NCBI GenBank assembly: GCA_036630325.1
Contig: CP142736.1
Coordinates: forward strand, 372,001 to 436,000
Reading direction: 5' to 3'
From: Vairimorpha necatrix
Lineage: Eukaryota
DNA: 64,000 nucleotides
The notes beneath the pieces are model-generated. The model was given only the letters and a program-made list of their open reading frames with translations. It was not told the DNA's origin and made no database searches. The number at the start of each line of letters is the position of its first letter. The first letter of the stretch is position 1. A program made the position numbers and the translations under genes. Below are positions 56,901 to 64,000 of this stretch, one piece after another.

Positions 56901-58349
56901 TTCATGGCAGTATTTAGTAACTAGCATGTTATCAAATTGTTTTCCATTGTCAAAAATTGTATGCTTAGGCGGACTATATTCTCTTGTCCACTCCTGTATC
57001 GCTTGAATCACGTCACTTGATTTAATTCTCTCAAAGAAGTATAGTTAGGTAAATCTTGAACAAATGTCCGTTATTGACAATATATTCCTTGTCTCTTTTA
57101 CACAGTCATTTTGAAACTCCGAGACGTTAAATGGACCGAAAATGTCCATCGAGATTCTTTCAAACTTACTTTCTGATATGATTTTATTCTCGACATTATG
57201 CTTATACCTGCTAATTTTTAGTCTGTAGCACATTCCGCAAGTATTGGTTATTTCAGTTATTAATTTGAATAAGTTTCTTATCTCGAGATAGCTTTTAATG
57301 TTGTTATATAGGGTAATTATTCCTCTATGTCCAGATATTTTATGGATTTGTTCAAATAGATATCTGTATTTAGTTTTGTTAAATATTGATTCGTTTTGTT
57401 TATCGAGTTTAAACCCTCCGTCACGAGCTCTTATTGCACATTTATCTATCAATTCATTATACCTGGACTTAATATCTCCATCTTGAACATATAAGCATCG
57501 CGATAGTTTATCGGCAATTATGTTTTTATCTCCATCAATATGAACAATCTTATGGTTGAACTCGTTCATTAACAGTCGCCATCTTTCAAGTCTAGATGTC
57601 TTCTTATGGCTATCATGTACACAGTTTCTGCTGTCTGTGTGTATATCAGTGTAGCAACCTTGGACGATGGTTTGAAATGCATAGATGCTAAGACTATGGC
57701 CAAGTATTCTTTTTCTACTATTGTATAGTTTAGTTCATGACCATTTACATTCTTGGAGTAATATCCTACTACTCGGTCATTTTGTTTAAGGACTGCACCG
57801 AGTCTTATATCAGAAGCATCACACTCTAGTATAAACTTTTCATTATGATTAGGAAAGGAGAGTTTCGCCTCTACAGATATGTCTTTCTTAACTTTATTAA
57901 TTATTGATGTTAACTTGTTTATTGTTATTATCCATAAAAATTAGGGGTTACATATAAAATATTTAAAAATTATCAACAATTGACTTTAACTTTTTATTTA
58001 AATGTATTTTTTTATTGTCTTGTTTCAGCATATTAGTTATTTCATAAACTCTAGTCGATAAGTTTGGTATGAATTTTCTATACCAGTTTAAAACACCTAT
58101 TAACTTTTGAACATCCTTTCTATTTTTTATTTCCTTAGTAAATATTTTATTCTCTAAACTCTTTAGGTCGGGGTATATCCCTTCTTTATTAATCCTATAA
58201 CCTAGTACATTTATTTCTTCTGGGAAGAACTTTGACTTTTCAAAATTTATTTTAACGCTCTTTTCGCGTAGTTTATCTAAAACGGTCTCTAAGGTTTTAA
58301 TATGGTCTTCCTTGGTTTGGGTATATACGACTATGTCGTCGATGTAAAC

Positions 58350-58653
58350 TGTGGTATTATAAACACCACAAATTATTTATATTTATTTTATCAATTTTCC
58401 CTTTTTGGAAAATAGACCATTCGACCGGTCTATTCCAAAAATCGAATATTTATTTCTTTTTTGCCCCGAGCCCCACACCAGATAACGAAATTAACAGGCG
58501 ATCAGTACCCTTGGAAAAATAGACCAAGGAAGGGCTACCAAGCCAGGGATCAGTATTTGTTACAGATGCCTAACGAGGCTCATCTAATACTAATAAAACC
58601 ATTAACTATATCGAATTATATTTATCCAGAGGTGGCTCCTCTGGGCTACGTCA
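58350..58653 (+). mobile_element. Solo LTR inserted in the RT of the 56-62 kb element
   Basis: TGTGGT...CTACGTCA with perfect TSD taaac at the VYIDD codons. Motif NYIELYLSRG lies near the 3' end (out of frame with the nearest ATG). Confidence 0.88.
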
Positions 58654-59589
58654 TAAACGAAGCAGTTAGGTACCTCATGTAAAATATTTGCAATGTATCT
58701 TCGAAACATCTTTGGACCTTTTTATACCGAAAGGGATTCTTTTGTATTGGTATTGACGTCCCAATAACATAAATGAAGTAAATTTTTTACTTTTCTCGCT
58801 TATTTGTATCTGATTGAACCCATTTTATAGGTCTAATTGACTAAAACATGTGTTTTCTCCCATTATTTGCAAGCAGTCATCTATCTTGGGTAATATCCAA
58901 AGGTCATCTTCTATGTGTTCGTTTATTTTCTTATAATCTACGACCAATCTAAAGTCATTATTCCTTTTCTTTAGGAAGAATGCAGGGCTAGAGAATGGAG
59001 AGTTACTTACCTCAATTATGTCCTCTTTCAGTAGTCTTGAGACTTCTGCTTTCCCTTGAAATAGTATTTATGTGGGACACCATATCCATGCGATTGGCTA
59101 CTTTCATAGTGTTTTTAATACTAAACGATGCGGGTTCCGCCTGCATATTTTTAAATTTAATATTCATAACCATGTAATCCTTCATTTTTTTATTAAATTT
59201 TCCTTCGCTTTCATGACAAGACAGATCTTATCATCAAGACAATCGTCTAATAATTCGTCAGTAGTTTTTTTTGCAGCCTATCAGCATTACCAACTTATCG
59301 TTTATAATTGGGGTTTTCTGCGAGAAATCGATTTTGCAGTTATTATTTTCAAAAAACTGTAGGCCCAGTATAAGGTTGACGGGTAACCGCTTAAGGACGT
59401 AAAATTATATAGGGTAATCATTCTCTCTGATTCTTACTATTTCTCTTGCGACTTTCGTTGAAACTTCTTTGTCACTATTTCCGAAAAAGAACCTAATCGG
59501 TTTCGTTTCTTCTTGTTTCAATCCTAACTTCTTGGCTACATCTTCTAACACAAGTTTTATCTGAACCATTATCCAACATAAAAATTTCC

Positions 59590-61219
59590 GGCTCTAGGGC
59601 CTATTCCCGGGCATTTTTTTGTTTAAAGGTCCCCCTTTAAACAAAAAAATTATAAAAAAAAAGAAATCTCAATTATTTATTTCGAATTAAAAGTTTTAAG
59701 AGAGTTAAAAGGGCGTCTTTATAGGCTTTGGAATCATGAGTTTTTAAATTTCTTCTCCTCCAAACATATTCTTCTATATACTCTGGCATTGCTTAACCTG
59801 GTATTCTTTTCCTCGTTTTGATGTCCGATTTGAAATGAGACCACTCACATACTATTAAATTAGTGTGGTCTCCATCAGCATTGGTGAATCCTTCCTCATG
59901 GTTCACGATTTTATGTACTCCGCCAATCCCATCAACAGCGTATGGGTAGGATCTGTGCCCATCTGTTTTTATTACAGACATGGGACTAATATTTGTAGAG
60001 AAAAGGTCGAAGAATGTTTCCTTTTTTCTATTTGGTAAAACTTTAAGAACTAGTTTTCTAGTTTTTTCTTCTACTGCGCCAATTATCCAAGTAGCTTTAC
60101 TAATTGAATCATACATTTCAGATGGTGACTTAATAAGTTTTCCTTTTATTATAACACTCTCATCGACTTGTATTGGGTGCTCTGGCCCCAATTTCTTCCA
60201 TATATTCTTATTATCTTCAGTTATTACTTCTATAATATTCCTTTTAATTCTTTTTATAGTATTTAAAGAAACCGAAGTATTTTTATTAATATTATATTCA
60301 TAATTTTTTTTGAACCATGAATCATCATCATATATATAAAAGAATTTTATTTAATTTTTTGCCCCTCTTTTTTGTGATTTTGTAAAATCTAAACTTCTTA
60401 TTATAGCTTATTGTGTTATTAAAATAGTGTTTTCGGATTTAATGCTTTCGTTTGAATATCGTAAGTGCGTACACTATATATAAATGCATTTTTATTTTAA
60501 TTCTTTGTTTTGTAAAACACAGTTCCAAAATATCGTCAGAATCGTTTTTTAGAATTTATTTGACCCTTCCACGAAAAATTGTAAAAACATCTGAAATTTT
60601 TTTTTTGAATGTAAGTGTCAAATTTTGAACGTATAAACATAATAAAGTTATCAAATTAGATTTTATAGAATTATTTGATTTGAATTCTATATTCAAGTTT
60701 CGCATTGAAAATAATTTTAATGTTGTTAAACATTGCATTCCCCTTTTCATTTCAAACCAAATATGACAACTTAAAAAAAAATTAAAGGAGGGACATATCA
60801 TGAAACAAAACATTTAAATCCCGTTTTCAAAACGGGAAAGCATACGCTAGTATATTATAAATAAGTATTCGCTTGTGTCTATCTTTGGACTTGAAATTTT
60901 TAGCCCCTCAAAAACTGATTTGGATTTTCTACACAATAATTTATACATCTGAATCGAAAACCGTTCGAATAAGAAATATCATGTTCCAAAACCATGCTCT
61001 CATAACATTTCGTGCATGTTTTAAATTCTTCAAGTAAGCCATGCCTTTGAATAAAGGCCATGGCTGCTTCATTTGAAAAAAATGTCAGATCTCGAATTTC
61101 TTGGTTCTTCTTCAAAATTATTCATTTTTTAGGGGCTGTAAAAATTTCCCAGTTTAGGGCCTATTCCCGGGAAATGCCGTCTTTTTTACGTTCATTACCC
61201 GGGAATAGGCCCTAGCGCC
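59590..61219 (-). mobile_element. Merlin transposon inserted in the retroelement protease region
   Basis: TIR ggctctagggcctattcccggg / cccgggaataggccctagcgcc and perfect 8-bp TSD aaatttcc. Transposase fragments IQVDES, WIIGAVE, KTDGHRSY, VNH and HTN. Confidence 0.93.
60322..60850 (+). mobile_element. Non-autonomous Helitron
   Basis: 5' TC(ATCATC)ATATATATAAAA and 3' CTAG. Hairpin cccgtttt-c-aaaacggg (60820-60836) lies 10 nt before CTAG. Inserted between A and T with no TSD; removal restores the Merlin frame LFIIYSWFKK. Confidence 0.8.
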
Positions 61220-62465
61220 AAATTTCCTTATTACTTCCTATTTCTCCTGCTATTTGTTGACTTCTAGAAGTGCTTCGTCTTGATTTCTTGATAATAAAAG
61301 ATTTTCTTTCCTTCTTCTCGTTCTACCTTTTTAAGTAACAGTCCCGCGTATCGTGGGATTTGACTCGGCGCACAGAACACCATTTATTTGTTTCCACATA
61401 TCTGCCTGTTTCTGGGGGAATTACTTGTTTAATTGCACGTCTCTCACTGGGGGTTATACGTGTTTGTGCGTGAGTTCCCCGCAACTCAATGCCTTCTTCT
61501 AATTTCTGAAGGTACTTAAGTAGATCGATTGTGGAGTTGTTGTCCACCCTTTCAAATAACTCAATAGCCGTGCAAGGGCCCAATCCTCCGTTAAATGCCT
61601 CGTGTAGTCTGGCATTAGACTCCTTCTTGTTCAGTCCCGTTATCATTCCATAAATTAGAATTATTCTCTCAATCTCTTCGTAATAGTCCAAATTTTTTTC
61701 AAAATCAACTTGTCTAATCGTTTCTAATTTTGTCATAAGTAAGGTGACATCGTTCCTAGAGTACATTATGTTCAGTAGTTCCTGTCTCAAACTTTTGTAG
61801 GAATTGCTCGTTTACTTGTTTTCGAGCCTTGAATCTTCTATCATTGAATGACAAATCATCCCATCTGTTCGTCTGTCCACTCGTTAGCACTAGACAATGA
61901 CTCAAATCTTTCGAGATGCTTTAAATTTCAATCTCTCTTAACGTTCTTGATTTTTTTTTTTATTTTACTACCACTGTAGTTCCTTTAATCTTTTTGTCGA
62001 ATAGCGTAAATTCTTCGCTATCGACCATACGGCTTTCATTATTCCGTTTTTCTTCATAAGCACTGGTCTCTCATTAACACTTAATGAGCTCTTTGGGTTT
62101 TATTACCAGGGAGGCGGCCTGTTTGTAAGTAACATTCTAAGATGCTCCTCCCTGCGATATATTTTTAATTATTATAATAAAAAGATTGTTTATTTTTACT
62201 TTTTGACTTTAGAGACTTCATTTTCTCTCTTCTTAGTTTCATCTTTAGGTGGGGTAAAATAAAAAGAAAATATTTGGAGGGAAAATGAAGTAAAAATAAA
62301 AATAATGTGGTTAAAAATACCACATTTGTATTTAGATACAAAAAATAATTTTTATTAATTCTAATGATTATAGTTATTGTCACAGTTCGGAGCGAACGCC
62401 AAGGGTAAAAAATTAAAAAAAATCTTTCAGTGAGGGGCGAACCAGAAAATAAGAACAAAAAAATG

Positions 62466-63813
62466 GGTTAAGTTGCGATGTTGCCTCCCTCCACCCCCCA
62501 AAAAAATAAAAAAAGGGGAAAAAATAAAAAAAGACAAAACCAAATCTTATTCAATTAATTCTAAATCAAATTCAGGGATTGTATCGTAATTTAAAAACCA
62601 TATATTTTGAACTTCAAAAAAGCATAACATTCTTTCAAGTAGTGATTCTCTAATAATTAACTTAAAACGAGCTATATAAAGTTTTCGAATTAGGTTTTTT
62701 AAAGAACCATGGCTTGTTCCTTCTTTGCGCAATTCCCTTTTAATTACAGACAACATTCCAACAATTGTTTGGGTGTGGGCGCCTGTTGTTGGATTTACAA
62801 AATTTTGGTTATAATTTACAGTAAAATGTAAATAGTTATAATCCGGACATAGTTCCGAAAACCCTTCATAACCCCGCCAACAATCAGTAATAATTGTAGA
62901 TCCGGGTTCGATTTTTCGTTTTATTAAATCGACAAGAGTAGTTCTTGATCGATTTTCAACAATTTCGAAAAAAAAGAATTGCTGTCTCCTCTTACAACTT
63001 CACCAACAGCCCAAACTTGGTATTAATGGATTCAACCGTTATGGTTTTTACTTTAACAAGCAATGTTTCGTCTATTTCAACTACGCAATTTAAACCTCCT
63101 ATGGTTTTGTTTTGAAGGTAGTTGAAATAGGATAAGAATACAGCGTTATTAAAACGCGTAAACCAGCGAGATACGGTACTACTATCTATATCCAATTCGA
63201 TAATGGCCGAAACATTCCTGACGTAGCCATGCTGGTAAAAATGTTCCAGCATGTTGTCGTGGTCGTTTATATTAAATTTTTTATTTACAATGTTTTGTTT
63301 CTCGTTCCTCTGTTTTCTCATATTCATCGTTAGTTCGTATTTTAGGTATGGGTAAGGGCAAAATTTATATTTATAGTTTTCTTTGTTTGTTTGTAAACAA
63401 TTCGTTGAGATCAAACAAACAAAGAAACAAAAAAAAATGAATTACTTGTGGGATACCACAATTGCTTACGCCTTTAACCCATTTACACAGCAAAATTAAA
63501 AGATCTTCGATATCTAATCTAGAACTTTTAAAGATGCTTTCTTTGTAAATGTTACCTTCGTTTGAGCATTTTCTTCCATTTTGTCGTAAGTAACAACGAT
63601 ATTTGTCCAAATTATTTCTAATTTTGGTCATGAGTGTCATGTGCTTATTGCACATTGGTACCTTTAATATATTTTTTTCAAGAAGAAATAAAAATAATTA
63701 CTCTTATTTATATATTAATTTTCTAAAATTCTTTATGTTCATTTTAAAGGTATAATTTTATTCCTTTTTTTTATTTTTTTAGGGGTGGGGGGGGGTAACA
63801 TCGCAATTTAACC
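62466..63813 (-). mobile_element. Merlin transposon, degenerate
   Basis: TIR ggttaagttgcgatgtt / aacatcgcaatttaacc and 6/8 TSD. Transposase fragments VEIDETLL, ITDCWRGY and HTQTIVG. Confidence 0.9.
63219..63460 (-). mobile_element. Solo LTR inserted in the Merlin transposase
   Basis: TGTGGTATCCCACA...CTACGTCA, TSD gcaat/ggaat. Removal restores KGVSN|VSAIIELDID. Micro-ORF from 63327 ends DNMLEHFYQHGYV. Confidence 0.85.
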
Positions 63814-64000
63814 AAGAAAAGTTTATTTTGGAAACATTTGATGCTGAATCGGCGTGCGCCTTGCTCGTTTCTGTAACTAGTAGAAATACTGCTTTTCCTT
63901 GAGGGGTTACAAGAAAATATATAACCTGTTTCTGTTATGATCTCTAATCAATGGGTAGCATATGATGCCATATTAGCTAAGCAAAGGGACGGAGCACAGT

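Larger units (their letters stand above)
56207..62324 (-). mobile_element. Degenerate full-length Ty3/gypsy element with ~250-bp peptide-encoding LTRs (56207-56460; ~62093-62324) and nested insertions
   Basis: Diverged direct repeats, PPT ggaggaggtagta, near-TSD tatgt/tttgt. Remnants of gag (61323-61790), PR, RT (VYIDD), RNase H and IN (SMDIFGP, FDNG, SERLN). Confidence 0.9.

Noticed and set aside
62378-63878. Possible LTR (tgtcacag...ctgtaac) split by the Merlin, with a FILETF-like motif
   Set aside because: Terminal CA and TSD are not recoverable, and the motif lacks the conserved Gly.

Overview
AT-rich eukaryotic DNA, almost certainly from a repeat-rich microsporidian genome (inferred from short intronless divergent genes, CCC motifs just before ATGs, and Merlin, Ty3/gypsy and hAT elements). 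A compact housekeeping block at 38.1-48.0 kb (YKT6, MSH2, ROM-type RhoGEF, USP7/UBP15, GID4/VID24, YIP1) lies between two accessory regions. The left one carries a segmental duplication (1-7651 matches 27307-34715, offset 27,306), two lineage-specific membrane-protein families and nested transposons. The right one is a gene desert plus a multi-layer transposon nest. Main observations: (1) Ten highly diverged Ty3/gypsy-type LTRs (mostly solo, TG...CA, 5-bp TSDs) share an N/K-rich micro-ORF ending in a conserved [S/N]-phi-phi-E-x-[F/Y]-[L/Y]-x-x-G-x-phi motif. In five copies it leaves the LTR in identical phase, and nine copies start with a covarying 5'-terminal hairpin. (2) Two 3,334-bp LTR retrotransposons have only 52-56-bp LTRs, a gag ATG inside the LTR and a translated PBS. 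(3) A ~790-nt structured non-coding element has a tRNA-like head and an A-rich tail. All calls are from manual reading; no database searches were run.
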